Assembly: GCF_964213995.1 (NCBI RefSeq)
Contig: NC_135813.1
Coordinates: 94,612,001 to 94,676,000, forward strand
Source: Mustelus asterias
Taxonomy: Eukaryota
Length of the DNA: 64,000 nt
Reading direction: 5' to 3'
Part shown: piece after piece, positions 51,898-64,000 of the stretch
How positions within the stretch are numbered: position 1 is the first letter of the stretch
Layout: each line of letters begins with the position of its first letter
Notes under the pieces: generated by a model
Seen by the model: only the letters and a program-made list of their open reading frames with translations
The model's database searches: none
What the model was told of the DNA's origin: nothing
Position numbers and translations under genes: made by a program

Positions 51898-53473
51898 GTA
51901 AAGACAGATCTTATTTATGATACTAAAGCTTGAATGAATAAAAGTTTTTAGACATGATAAAGGCCAGCCATTCAACTGAGATTTATCATTTAAATAGTGA
52001 TTCTGTATTCTGAATTAAATTCGGAATACAAATCGGTTCAAAATTTAACCTCTTGTAGCACCCAACTGCTGAGAAAAATAGCCCTGCACATCCTGGGGAC
52101 TTTCCTGATCTGTCTGGCTCAACTCCAGTTTATATCACGAGGGATTGCAGAATAAAATAATTGTAACTCTGTATTTAGCAACGGCATTGCTTAGCTTCCA
52201 TCCATCTTTGTAATATTAAATGTCTGTATTTTGTTTCTTCATTGATCATTCCCAGTTTGGATAAATCGAGTCCCCTGAATTTGGCACAGTAACTCAAAGC
52301 ACTGAGTACTGGGATTGCCCATATTACCTTTCTATACTCCGCTCAGAGAATGATCTGTCTGTTTAAGAGATATTGCTTTTGAAAGATGGATATCACTCGT
52401 CAAGACTTCTTCGACACTATCTCCCAAACTTCCAACCCCAATTGCCTAGAAGGGCAAAGAGAATCAGGTGCACAGCAACACCTCCACCTACAAGCCACAC
52501 ACCATCCTGATTTGGAAATGTATCACTATTCTTTCATCGTCGCTGGAACAGAATCCTGGAACTTTCTACCTAACAGTACTATGGATGTACCTACGCCACA
52601 TGGACTGCAGTGGTCCATTTGATGGCTCACCACCACCTGCTAAAATGTAACCAGGGATGGGCAATAAATGCTGGCCTTGCGCTCAATGCCTGCGTCCCAT
52701 GATTGAGTAAATAAGGTTTAAAAAGAGCAGTCATCTTTTTTAGTCAAGTTATTGCCAATCGCATTGTGGAGGGAACTAGGCTAAAATTCAGCCCAGGTTT
52801 TTAATGATGAATAAATGCCTTTGCACACAGTTGGCTAAATTTGGCAAATTGACCATGGGTGGATGTGTATAAAAAATGCATTGCTGAGATAACTAAGGTA
52901 AAATTATATTATGAAGGTGACTGGTATGGGAAAATGGTAATATTGCACAATATTGTGAAGTGCTTTTTATGAAATCATGCATTGTTGGGTTTGTATGGTG
53001 GAAGCTTGACTTATAACCTGCGCTCCCCTCTAACCGAGGAACATTTGATGCCACAATAGATGAATTTAGTCAATTTCCCGGCAGTAATATCCCTCACTTC
53101 CTGATTTATTATTTTGTCCCCTTACTAAAAAAATTCTTAATCTACAATGCTTAAAAATAATTAAGAATAGGAAAAAGGGACTGCACTGCTAAATTTACTT
53201 TGGCACTCTATTGGTTCAGCCATACGTCTTAGTTGGTTCCTTTAATGATCTCTCAGCAGTTACTACTTAAATAAAAAGATTGTCTTTTAATCTGCTGAAT
53301 ATTATAGTAAATTGTAATTATATTAACTTGTTTGGGTCTCTTAGATGTTGAATTTACCACATGAGGACTCAACCTTTTTTAAATTTTAATACTTTTAAAA
53401 ATTTTAATACATTCTGTAATCCTTCATACTTGATGTGCCTAACCCCCATCCATTTAAAATATTTTCTTAACAG

Positions 53474-53519
53474 ACTTCTGATTTTTACGTGGAGATGAAA
53501 TGGGAGTTTACCAGTTGGA
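53474..53519 (+). CDS. ANKRD13A: ANKRD13A exon 4 (TSDFYVEMKWEFTSW)
   Basis: AG/GT boundaries, 46 nt. Confidence 0.94.
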
Positions 53520-54667
53520 GTAAGTGATCTTCGTTTTTAAATGAATTAATTATCTGTCAAAATTGACAGTGAATATATTGCAGAAGGCATTAAATTCTTG
53601 CTTTAAGCTTTCAGCTAATGCTTCCCTAATAGCGAGCTACTAAGATGATGAACTACTTGAAGTGACTATCATCCATATGGCCTTTTTTGTATGTGATGAT
53701 ACCTGGACTCGTGCCATGACAGTGACATCGCTCAGATTATGAGGTTAATGTGAACATTGGGAGCATGGGCCCGTCTCCTACCATCAAGTACAAAACATTG
53801 TGCGTTTCTAGAAATGATCTGATCTTTTCCTCTCCTGCCACCATGTGCATTTCTTTCAGCCAAGAAAGTGGAGAGACAACCTACTCCTACGCTTCTACCT
53901 GTGCCGGGTGCAAGAGGGTGCAATGGAATGAATGTTCGCTTCTGCTTAGGCCTTGTCTCTGATAGGCAATTGATTTATTAAAAAATCATCATGGCAGCAT
54001 GTGCTAGGTTGTGATGATGATGCAAGAAAGCATAATATCTATAACTATGTTATTAAACCATTCAAATAAAAAGATTGCACAAATATGAACATTCCAGCAA
54101 TGTTGGACAGATAATGACAACATGTTGCAAAATGCAGGTCCTCTTAATTTACAGAATAAAAATGAAGGTCTATGGCACTCTGCACTTTATCTATATATTA
54201 TATGTTGTCAGGTTGAATTAAGTGTTCTATCATTTACATACTATTTATGAGTGGTAGGCCTAATTCAGATTGGGTGCTATGATATTTGGAAACCTCCCAA
54301 TGCTGTGATGCATTGGAACGACAGCCTGCACGTACACAGGACCTTTAATAGTAAAACATCTCACGATGCTGAACATAAGTCAACAATGAAGCCAAAAAAG
54401 GGAGAACAGCATCATTGGAAAAGGGAAACCTGAGGAAGGATTGACACTGAGATCATTTGATTGGATGCAGTAAGAATCTATTATTTGTCTGATGAAGCTT
54501 GGTTCAGCTGGTATCGCTCCCTCTACTGATCCTACATTAACTCAATGCACCGAGAACTAGGATCGCCCTTATTGCCTTTGGTTTTAGTTTCAATTTCACT
54601 TCTCGACTCCCAAGAACATCTGAATTCTTTCTGATTTGAAAGAATCAATGCAAGTACTCCTAAAACA

Positions 54668-55465
54668 ATGGAGAAGTGTGAGGTAATTCACTTTGGTAGG
54701 AATAACAGTTGTGTTGAGTATAGGGCTAACGGGAGGACTTTGAATAGTGTGGAGGAGCAGAGGGATCTAGGTGTATGTGTGCATAGATCCCTGAAAGTTG
54801 GGAATCAAGTAGATAAGGTTGTTAAGAAGGCATATGGTGTCTTGGCGTTTATTGGTAGGGGGATTGAATTTAGGAGTCGTAGCGTTATGTTGCAACTGTA
54901 CACAACTCTGGTGCGGCCGCACTTGGAGTACTGTGTGCAGTTCTGGTCCCCACATTACAGGAAGGATGTGGAGGCTTTGGAGAGGGTACAGAGGAGGTTT
55001 ACCAGGATGTTGCCTGGTATGGAGGGGAGATCCTATGAGGAGAGGCTGAGGGATTTGGGATTGTTTTCGCTGGAAAGGCGGCGGCTAAGAGGGGATCTTA
55101 TTGAAACATATAAGATGATTAGAGGTTTAGATAGGGTGGATAGTGATAGCCTTTTTCCTCTGATGGAGAAATCCAGCACGAGGGGGCATGGCTTTAAATT
55201 GAGGGGGGGTAGTTATAGAACCGATGTCAGGGGTAGGTTCTTTACCCAGAGGATGGTGAGGGATTGGAATGCCCTGCCAGCATCAGTAGTAAATGCGCCT
55301 AGTTTGGGGGCGTTTAAGAGATCCGTAGATAGGTTCATGGACGAAAAGAAATTGGTTTAGGTTGGAGGGTCACAGTTTTTTTTTTTTTAACTGGTCGGTG
55401 CAACATCGTGGGCCGAAGGGCCTGTTCTGCGCTGTAATGTTCTATGTTCTATGTTCTATGTTCTA
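54668..55465 (+). mobile_element. CR1/HER1 LINE 3' fragment with an uninterrupted 230-aa ORF2 tail
   Basis: KCEVIHFG..LVRPHLEYCVQFWSPHYRKD..; (ttctatg)n tail. Confidence 0.92.
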
Positions 55466-55817
55466 ATTGTCAGGAGCAAATGGATTTAAATAACAGATAA
55501 CTCTATTGACTGTCATTGTCAATCGTGCGTATAACAAAAGCAATCATACAACATTGAATTATGGAGATTGCTTGCACTTTCAAGCTTCTAACCTCGAAGA
55601 TGACTGACCAAGCTTTTCTTACCTTTTAAAGTTCTTGTGTATTGCGACTGTATGTAAAGAGACATTCCCCCCAAAATCAGAAATAATATCTTCACCACAA
55701 GCACACACTTCATGGTAGCTAAGATTTCTAAAAGTGCAAGAATAAAAATATTATTTTTTCTTTTTCTCTTTCTTCCTTTTGCCTCTACACATTTCTTCTT
55801 TTTCTCAAATTTCCTAG

Positions 55818-55961
55818 TTCCCCTGGTGTCAAAGATGTGCCCGAGTGATGTGCACCGTGTGTGGAAGAGTGGTGCCAACCTGCGAGTGGATACAACCTTA
55901 CTGAACTTTGAGAATATGAAGTGGGAAAGGGGCCATCGCAGCTACATTTTTACTGGCAAGG
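55818..55961 (+). CDS. ANKRD13A: ANKRD13A exon 5 ([48 protein letters not shown])
   Basis: AG/GT boundaries, 144 nt. Confidence 0.94.
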
Positions 55962-56593
55962 GTGAATATCATAGCTTTGAGGTTAAGTAGCTAACTTTTG
56001 TTAGTTTTAAAAACATTACTTTCCCCCTCCATTTGTATTAATCCTGAGACATTGTAAACCAAGAAATTCATTACTCAGAATCCATATCACTGCATAGTGA
56101 GCAGGAAAGGCAATTATTCCTATTAAGACCATAGCACCATCACTTTTGATTAACCGTTCACCTCTGAGTCGTACAGGGCAAATGGGTCTCAGGTTCCATC
56201 CTTTGTCAGCGCTGATTATAGAATCCTACAGCGCAGAAGGAGGCCATTCGGCCTATCGAGTCTGCACCGAACACAATCCTACTCAGGCCCTATCCCCATA
56301 ACTCCATGCATTTACCCCACTAATCTCCCTGACACTCCCTGATCTTGGCCAGGGTGGCATTAGTGTGTCATAGTTGGTTTCTATCCTCTGTGTACACAGG
56401 CTAGGAATTGGGGAAGGGGGAGAAATCAGGCAGAGCTTCCCCTCTGATTGCTTTACCGTAAACGCCTCCTGGAAAATGTGCACAGATGCACTTTGGACAA
56501 GGATGGTATCAAGTTAACCGGTGATGATTCTCATTGCGAAATAATCCACATGTACAAATTGCCTGGATTCACACATGAAGAATGATCATTTTT

Positions 56594-56898
56594 CATAGAA
56601 TAGAATCCCTACAGTGCAGAAAGAAGCAATTTGGCTCATTGAGCCCGCACCAACAACAATCTAGGCCAGGCCCTATTCCTGCAACCCCAAGTATTTACTC
56701 CGATAATGTCCCTGACAGTAAAGGGGCAATCAACCTAGGCCGCACATCTTTGGACTGTGGAAGGAAACCGGAGCACCCGGAGGAAACCCACGCAGACATG
56801 GGGAGAATGTGCAACTCCACAGCTACCCGAGGCCGGAATTGAACCCAGGTCCCTGTTGCTGTGAGACAGCAGTGCTAACCACTGCCACCGTGCCACCC
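56594..56898 (-). mobile_element. HE1-type SINE
   Basis: Reverse complement HE1; partial copy also at ~56218-56340. Confidence 0.83.
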
Positions 56899-57123
56899 AT
56901 GCAGACATGGGTGTACTCCCAGTGTGAACTAGCGACGTTAGGTGATGAGGGGAGAGAATCAACATAAGGAAAGTTTTTAAAGTCCAAATAAAATCAGAAT
57001 GGAACCCAGGAGACTTTGCTAACTTAATGTTTTCCATCTAGTTATATAAATGTTTTTTAAAAATACAATGGTGTTAAGTTTCTCGTTACCATTAAATTTG
57101 GGTGATTTTCTTTCTTATGACAG

Positions 57124-57313
57124 CTGACTCAGCAGAGTTTATAGAGATAGACCATGATAACCAGGTCGTGGACAGAGAACACTTTACACTCTCGCAGGAA
57201 CAACAAAGCCTCACACTATCCTCCATAAAACCAACAAAGGATCAGATCGCAAATCGTCTTACATCGCCAATTGTTTCGACAGTCCTTGACACAAAGAACA
57301 TCTCCTTTGAGAG
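57124..57313 (+). CDS. ANKRD13A: ANKRD13A exon 6 (ADSAEFIEIDHDNQVV...RLTSPIVSTVLDTKNISFER)
   Basis: AG/GT boundaries, 190 nt. Confidence 0.94.
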
Positions 57314-58614
57314 GTAATGTTAACCTTGTTAACCTGTGATGCTAGTCATCACTGAGGTTCGATGTACCGTGTGATGAGAGAATATTAAGTTAAAGTCATT
57401 AAGGGCCTGGTTTGGTGAATTGTTTTATTCCAAGACCCATGTCAATTACCAAGGATCGTGTAGTACAGGTGACTTGCCATTGGTGGGCAGCCTTTTCATT
57501 CCCATTGAGACTCCATGCAAAATGATGTGAATTGAGCTGAGATCAAGGATTTCAGTCTTATGTGGAATCATCCTGCGGGTCATGTCCTCGCTTGAACAAA
57601 TATGGGAAAGGGTGAGATAAGTTGAAATGTTAATAGTGGGCCGTAATCTTGGATTTTGGATTTGAGGGGAAAGGAAAAGCTGAGTAAAGCAAGGAGTGGC
57701 CATAATTCTAAGTGTTTGGTCTTTATTGAGTGAGAATATGTCAGGAGTAACCAACCATTTGTGTTTGCTGAAATGTGTCATGCTTTATGCCCTTGCTCCT
57801 AAAACTCTGTTCTGATGGGAGAAGTACTGGATAATACCAAGGATGATTGGCTGTGACAAAATGAGCCTTCCTTACACTTTGAAATGTCTAACCAATTTAA
57901 TTTGTGTCTGCTGTAATACTCCTGAGAGTTCAGCCTTTTTGTTTTGCACTAGAAAATTGAATCATCCAGCAATCTGTATCAAGCAGTGTAAATAACAGCA
58001 ATAATTCTATTTTTTAAGCATATAGTTTGAATTGAGCAATTTCAAAATTAAATTAGAATGAACATTAGGTACCAGTGAATCTTCTCGTGATAAGTTTTGT
58101 GATGCACTTTTTCATGACAGGAGAGCAAGATCAACTTTTTGCTTCCCCTCCTCCAGAGTTATAAAACATTCCACCGCCCTATCCCCTGAAACACATCTGA
58201 TTGTTTTTAAGAGAGGCTTCTTCTGTTGTGTGGTTAAAAACCTGCTGCAGGTTTGTGCTCAGCAAGTGCCCACAATTGAAAATAAGGTGGATCACCACGT
58301 ATGGTGTACATCTAGGCTCCAGGCTTACTTCGCAGTCCAAAGATGTGAATTGACCACGCTAAATTGCCCCTTAGTGTCCTAAGATGTGAGGGTTAGGGGG
58401 AATTAGCGGGGTAAATACTTCACAATGCAAATAAGGTCAATATTCATGGCTGTTCACACTAGGAGTGTGTCATGCCCCAGAATTCGGGCCTGGAACTACA
58501 AACTGCTGTTGGGACAGCAGCAGTGGGAAGTTGGATCAGCAACCTGTATGTTGCTTGGCTGTAAACAAATGCAACAGACATGCAGTGGATTTAAAGATAT
58601 CGGCTATATTTATC

Positions 58615-59428
58615 ATATAATCATATACTCCCCACAGTGCAGAAGGAGGCCATTCGGCCCATCAAGTCTGCACTGACAACAATCCCACCCAGGCCCTATC
58701 CTTGTAACCCCACATAATCCCCCCTGACACTAAGGAGCAATCCCACCCAGACCTGTTCCCCATAACCCCAAGTATTTACCCCGCTAATTCCCCCTAACCT
58801 ATACATCTTGGAACACTAAGGGGCAATTTAGCATGGTCAATCCACCTAACCTGCACATCTTTGGACTGTGGGAGGAAACCGGAGCACTCGGAGGAAACCC
58901 ACACAGACACGGGGAGAATGTGCAAACTCCGCACAGTCACCCGAGGTCGGAATTGAACCCGGGTCCCTGGCATTGTGAGGCAGCAGTGCTAACCACTGTA
59001 TCACCGGGCCACCCGGTTATATATGGTAATAAATAGAGCATCACTGACATCAGTGATGGTCAGTCTTGGCATCACTGCTTACAGGATGAGCTTTTCATAG
59101 AATCCCTACCGTGCAGAAAAAGGCCATTCAACCCATCGATTCTTCAATGACTCACTGACAGAGTATCTTACTCAGTCCCTCTCCACCGCCCTATCCCCAT
59201 AACCCCACATATTTCCCATGGCTAATCCATCTAACCTAAGGGGCAATTCACCAATGGCCAATCCACTTAACTTGCACATCTTTGGAATGTGGGAGGAAAC
59301 TGGAGCACCCGGAGGAAACCCATGCAGACACGGGGAGAATGTGCAAACTCCACACAGACAGTCACCTAAGGTCGGAATTGAACCTGGCGCTGTGAGGCAG
59401 TGGTGCTAACCACTGTGCCACCATGCCA
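58615..59428 (-). mobile_element. Two tandem HE1-type SINEs (~58615-59010 and ~59095-59428)
   Basis: Reverse complement HE1; the first has an internal duplication. Confidence 0.83.
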
Positions 59429-60880
59429 GCCTGAGAGTCAACCACATTGCTGTGGCTCTCAAGTCACATGTAGGCCAGACCAGGTAAGGATGGCAGATTT
59501 CCTTCCCTAAAGGACATTAGTGAACCAGATGGGTTTTTCCAATAATCGACAATGGTTTCATAGTCATCAGTAGATTCTTAATTCCAGATTTTTCTAAAAA
59601 TTTAAATTCCACCAGCTGCTGTGGCGGGATTCGAATCTGGGATCCCAGAACATTAGCTGAGCAGGATTAATAGTCCAACAGTAATACCACGACTGTATTG
59701 TCCCCCAAAAGACTTTCTAATTTGAATGATGTTGATTCAGTGAACTACTTGGAAACCTGTTGCATCTGAGAACTCAAGATATAATGGACAATCCATTTAT
59801 TCTGCTATTAGGAATATGACCAATGGTTAAGGTAGCTTTTTACCTCCTGGATCAGAAAGCCTTAATTGCCCAGAGGGATAAATGCAGCATTCTGAGTGTC
59901 ACCTAAATCCTGGCAGAGGGAATTCAGAGATTGGTCAAGAATTTTTTTTTTGGCTTGCAAACATGCAAACTTTTAGTTCTGCTTCAAATGAAAGCAGCAT
60001 GAAAAGACTGCTCTTTGTTTGAAATGTTTTTGACACTTTTGAGGTGTGATGAACACACAGACTAAGTTGTCACATGTTTGATTAGTGTGTAATAATAAGT
60101 AGTGCCACCTTCTCCGATTTCACAGTATAGTTATGAAGACAGTTACTTAACACATGTTTCATTCCCCCCTCTGGCTTTTTATATATCTTTTTTTAAATAA
60201 ATCTCCTTGAATGTCAATATTGGACTAAAAAGATTTACAAAACATTGAATGCATTCAAGAGCTGGCTGGATATAGCACTTGGAGCGGACGGGATCAAATG
60301 TTATGGGGAGAAAGCAGGATTAGGCTATTGAGTTGGATGATCAGCCATGATCGTAATGAATGGCAGAGCAGGCTCGAGGGGCCAAATGGCCTCCTCTTGC
60401 TCCTATCTTCTATGTTTCTACAACTAAAATTTCTCTTGTTGCTATCTTCCATGTTTCGATAAGATTGCATGAACTGTTTGTAGGAAGATAATCTTTTTGC
60501 TAAATAGTTCTTTTAAGTGGATACTTTATGGAGGAAGGATTAAAAAGGTCTCTTTAAATGATGTATCAAATCACAATTTTTGAACTTTTTTGTGTTCATT
60601 CACGAGGTTTGAATTGTATCTGCTTCTTGATCTTCTTGTGATCAAGAACAGCAAAGGTTCTACAGGCTGTGTCCATAGAGACCAACAGCTGTGTTTATTT
60701 AATGCTCTATCCGTCTGTATCTCCCTCGAGTCCTTGCCCTCGTGCTTGCCCTCCCACTCGCTTCTTCCTCTCTTTCTCTCTTCCTCTCTTTCTTCATTTT
60801 CTCATTCCCCTTAACACACATGCTTTCTCTCTCAAAGACCACGAGAGTTACAAATCTGTATGATGTTAAACAGGCATCTA

Positions 60881-61166
60881 ATCATAGAATCCCTACAGTG
60901 CAGAAGGAGGCCATTCGGCCCATCGAGCCTGCGTTTACAACAATCCCACCCAGGCCCTATCCCCGTAACCCCATGTATTTACCCTGCTAATCCCCCTGAC
61001 ACCGAGGGGCAACTTAGCATGGCCAATCCACCTAGCTTGCACATCATTGGAATGTGGGAGGAAAACCACACAGACCTGGGGAGAACGTGCAAACTCCACA
61101 CACAGGCTGGAACTGAACCCGGGTCTCTGGTGCTGTGAGGCAGCAGTGCTAACCATTGTGCCACCC
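60881..61166 (-). mobile_element. HE1-type SINE
   Basis: Reverse complement HE1. Confidence 0.83.
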
Positions 61167-61654
61167 TGATTTGTGTCAGACTGAAATGATAAATCTATTA
61201 AGAATGACTGTAGAAAATGGAGTACACAGAAGATTATAGTTTTAGAAATCATGTGCAGTCTTCATGTTGAGCAGCTTAACGATTTTTTAGTTGTTGAAAT
61301 AATATCCTTATTCGAGAAATTGTGGGTATGATTTTCTGGCCCCTTTCAGCAGAGATGCAAATCCCATTATAGTCGGACACTCTTGCAAAAGGGCCATAAC
61401 AGGATTTGAGCCAAGGACATCTCAGAATGAGATTCCCCCCACCACGTGATGTCATCATTTACATTTATTTACATATATTTAAATATTCAAAACTGGCTTA
61501 ACACCATTTCTTCCAGGAACATCATATGTTGCCACCAGTAGGAATCACCATTGCTCTTGAAAAATGGAGATAACCACACTGGGGGCTTGAAGGCCAGTGA
61601 AGCCCCTGGGTGGTCAGAGGCAGGGCAGGGTGGTGCCCTAACACTGCCCCCTTT

Positions 61655-61745
61655 TTTGATTTGATTTATTATTGTCACATGTATTAGCATACAGTGAAAA
61701 GTATTGTTTCTTGTGCGCTATGCAGACAAAGCATACCGTTCAAAG
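61655..61745 (-). mobile_element. Short 3' end of the Rex/Babar-like LINE
   Basis: Reverse complement matches 39250-39314 joined to 39920-39930, giving the uninterrupted tail. Confidence 0.75.
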
Positions 61746-61777
61746 AAAAACAAAGCATACCCTGGCACCCTTGACAC

Positions 61778-61997
61778 AATAAGAGTTTTAACAACACCAG
61801 GTTAAAGTCCAACAGGTTTATTTCGTAGCAAATACCAACCCTGTGTTCATTCTCGTGACCAACAAAATCAGAATGAGATGGTGGTTTGATAAGTGGAATG
61901 GTATTTGCTACCAAATAAACCTGTTGGACTTTAACCTGGTGTTGTTAAAACTCTTACTGTGTTCACCCCAGTCCAATGCCGGCATCTCCACATCATG
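61778..61997. mobile_element. Fold-back Penelope-like element with a host-derived spacer
   Basis: Arms 61780-61837 and 61899-61956; TSD ACCCTTGRCAC 61767-61777 and 61998-62008. Confidence 0.85.
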
Positions 61998-63196
61998 ACC
62001 CTTGGCACTGACAGGATGGCACTGCCGGGGAGGAGGAGTTTAGCGGGGCCGGGGCTTGGAGGCAACCCCATAGCGGGGGTTTGGTTTGTTAATAGTGATG
62101 GTACTTTTTAAAAGTGTGAATCTATTTTTAAGTTAATAACTTCTATATTCCACTTTGTAATACTATGGTTTACCATTATGATGGGGAGGCTGAGTGTTCG
62201 ATTTTGTTACCTTTGGACCAACAAGTGGTTTAAAAGGCTATTGAAGCATGTCTTTGAAATACTTCAAAACCAAAAGGGGGGGGGGGAGGCGGGAGAGAAG
62301 CGCTGATGCCTCGATTGTGGCATAGGGAGGGTGGGGAGGCAACGATGCCCTGAAGACCAGATGCCGGTGATTAGATGGGGTGGGAGAGGGTCTTCAATGT
62401 TGGTTTGAAAGAGGCCTGGCTTGCCGCCATCTTTAGGTTCCATCCCTCACAATAGCAGCACAAAACATGCCCCCCCCCTATAAAATGGCGAAGTGTGGGA
62501 TGATCTGGGTGGAAAAGCTGCCTGTCTCTCTGGGGAGGAACAAGCTGGTTTTCAGACAGAACCTGGCACACTGCCATTTTTTGGGAAAATTCTGTCCAGT
62601 GTTTTTGTTTGGGTCAGGAAGAGAATTTGAATAGGGTTGGACAACATCAAGCTTAGGTAAAACATGTACCCGGTTTCTTTTTGAGAAATTGTTGTTGCTT
62701 TAAAACAAAGTGGGAGTTTCCAACCCTGTGTTCATTCTCGTGACCAACAAAACCAGAATGAGATGGTGGTTTGCTAAGTGGAATGGTCACATCAGTACAT
62801 TTCACTTCCTTTGAAATTGAAAATTGTGGAATGTTCCATGCATAGTTTCAATAATACCTTATTTGAAAAGGGTGACACCTTTTACCTTGGAGAATATTTA
62901 ATTCTTCACCTCTGATTCACACTCAACAATTGAAATGTTGCTTACCATAAACAACACTTATATATTTTACATAGGAATGAGTCCCAGATAGACTAATCTA
63001 GCCATGGTTATGTGTAGTTACTAATATCAGCAAGTCCACTTTAAAGTTTGTAGCATTTGATATTTGTGTTATTTATTTTTCCAGCTTTTGAGTTTTGTGA
63101 GGTTGGCTTAACTGAATTAGAATATTGGATGAAACTTATTTCCAGTACAATAAGGGTTCAAGGAGGAGGAAGAGTTGGTGGAGTTGTATCTCCACC

Positions 63197-63496
63197 AGCA
63201 CGGTGGCACAGTGGTTAGTACCGCTGCCTCACTGCGCCAGGGATCCGGGTTCGATTCCCGGCTTGGGTCACTGTCTGTGCGGAGTCTGCATGTTCTCCCC
63301 ATGTCTGCGTGGTTTTCCTCCGGGTGCTCCGGTTTTCTTCCACAGTCCGAAAGACGTGCTGGTTAGGGTTCATTGGCTGTGCTATATTCTTCCTCAGTGT
63401 ACCCGAACAGGCACCGGAGTGTGGCAACTAGGGGATTTTCTCTAACTTCATTGCAGTGTTAATATAAGCCTACTTGTGACATTAATAAATAAACTT
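63197..63496 (+). mobile_element. SINE with HE1 head and alternative tail
   Basis: Same tail. Confidence 0.8.
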
Positions 63497-63870
63497 CTAT
63501 TACCTTTGGAGCTTCGGATCAATGTGAGTGCTGTTTTGGGGTCAGGATTTATAATGCTGCCCTTTCAGCTTTCTGGAATAGGAAGAACCTGGGTAGATGG
63601 AACAAAGTCTCATGGAGTTTTAAAAGCAATTAAGAATTTTAAGCCAGATCCTAGTGATTTTTTTTGGATAATAATGGTGACATTCATGCTTTTAAGGATC
63701 TCGCAAATACCTTTTTTTAAAGAAGATGACTGGTGATCAAATTGCTCCAATAAGTTAAAGTCAGCTTTGTTTTCCTGATAGCTGTGCTTCTCAAAGATGA
63801 ATGGAAGGCAGAGTCTTCCTATTATGAAGGTGAGAAGTATAAAGTACTTAACTCTCTACTTGTCCTACAG

Positions 63871-63937
63871 GAGTAAGTCTGGATTCTGGGGCTGGCGGAC
63901 AGACAAGACTGATGTTATTCAAGCACATGAGGCCAAG
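63871..63937 (+). CDS. ANKRD13A: ANKRD13A exon 7 ([22 protein letters not shown]); gene continues beyond window end
   Basis: AG/GT boundaries, 67 nt, [11 protein letters not shown] motif. Confidence 0.93.
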
Positions 63938-64000
63938 GTACAGTAAAACAACATTTTGCCAATATTTATTTCACTGTTTTCTTTATTTTCTGTTTTCCTG

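Noticed and set aside
61322-62598. Possible Harbinger-like MITE enclosing the 61.8-kb element (similar at ~4090-4545 and ~25828-26243)
   Set aside because: Terminal repeats too degenerate to call by eye; needs a repeat library.

Overview
Vertebrate nuclear DNA, very probably a shark or ray (inferred from abundant HE1-type SINEs and HER1/CR1 LINEs). Two spliced genes lie head-to-head around a CpG-rich bidirectional promoter at ~41.0-42.0 kb. GIT2 (ARF-GAP) is on the minus strand, with coding exons 1-12 plus a 6-nt microexon, and runs off the left edge. ANKRD13A is on the plus strand, with coding exons 1-7, and runs off the right edge. Exon boundaries were read by hand from splice sites and reading frame. 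The introns are dense with retroelements: CR1/HER1, RTE, Rex/Babar-like LINEs, SINEs, solo LTRs, an RPS2 retrocopy and a decayed tRNA-Ile. The most notable signal is a set of Penelope-like elements carrying minimal hammerhead ribozyme motifs, inserted as fold-back inverted repeats with 10-13 bp target-site duplications (TSDs). At least one has copied nearby host DNA into its inversion point. No database searches were run; family assignments and human comparisons rest on recalled knowledge, and repeat boundaries are approximate unless a TSD is quoted.
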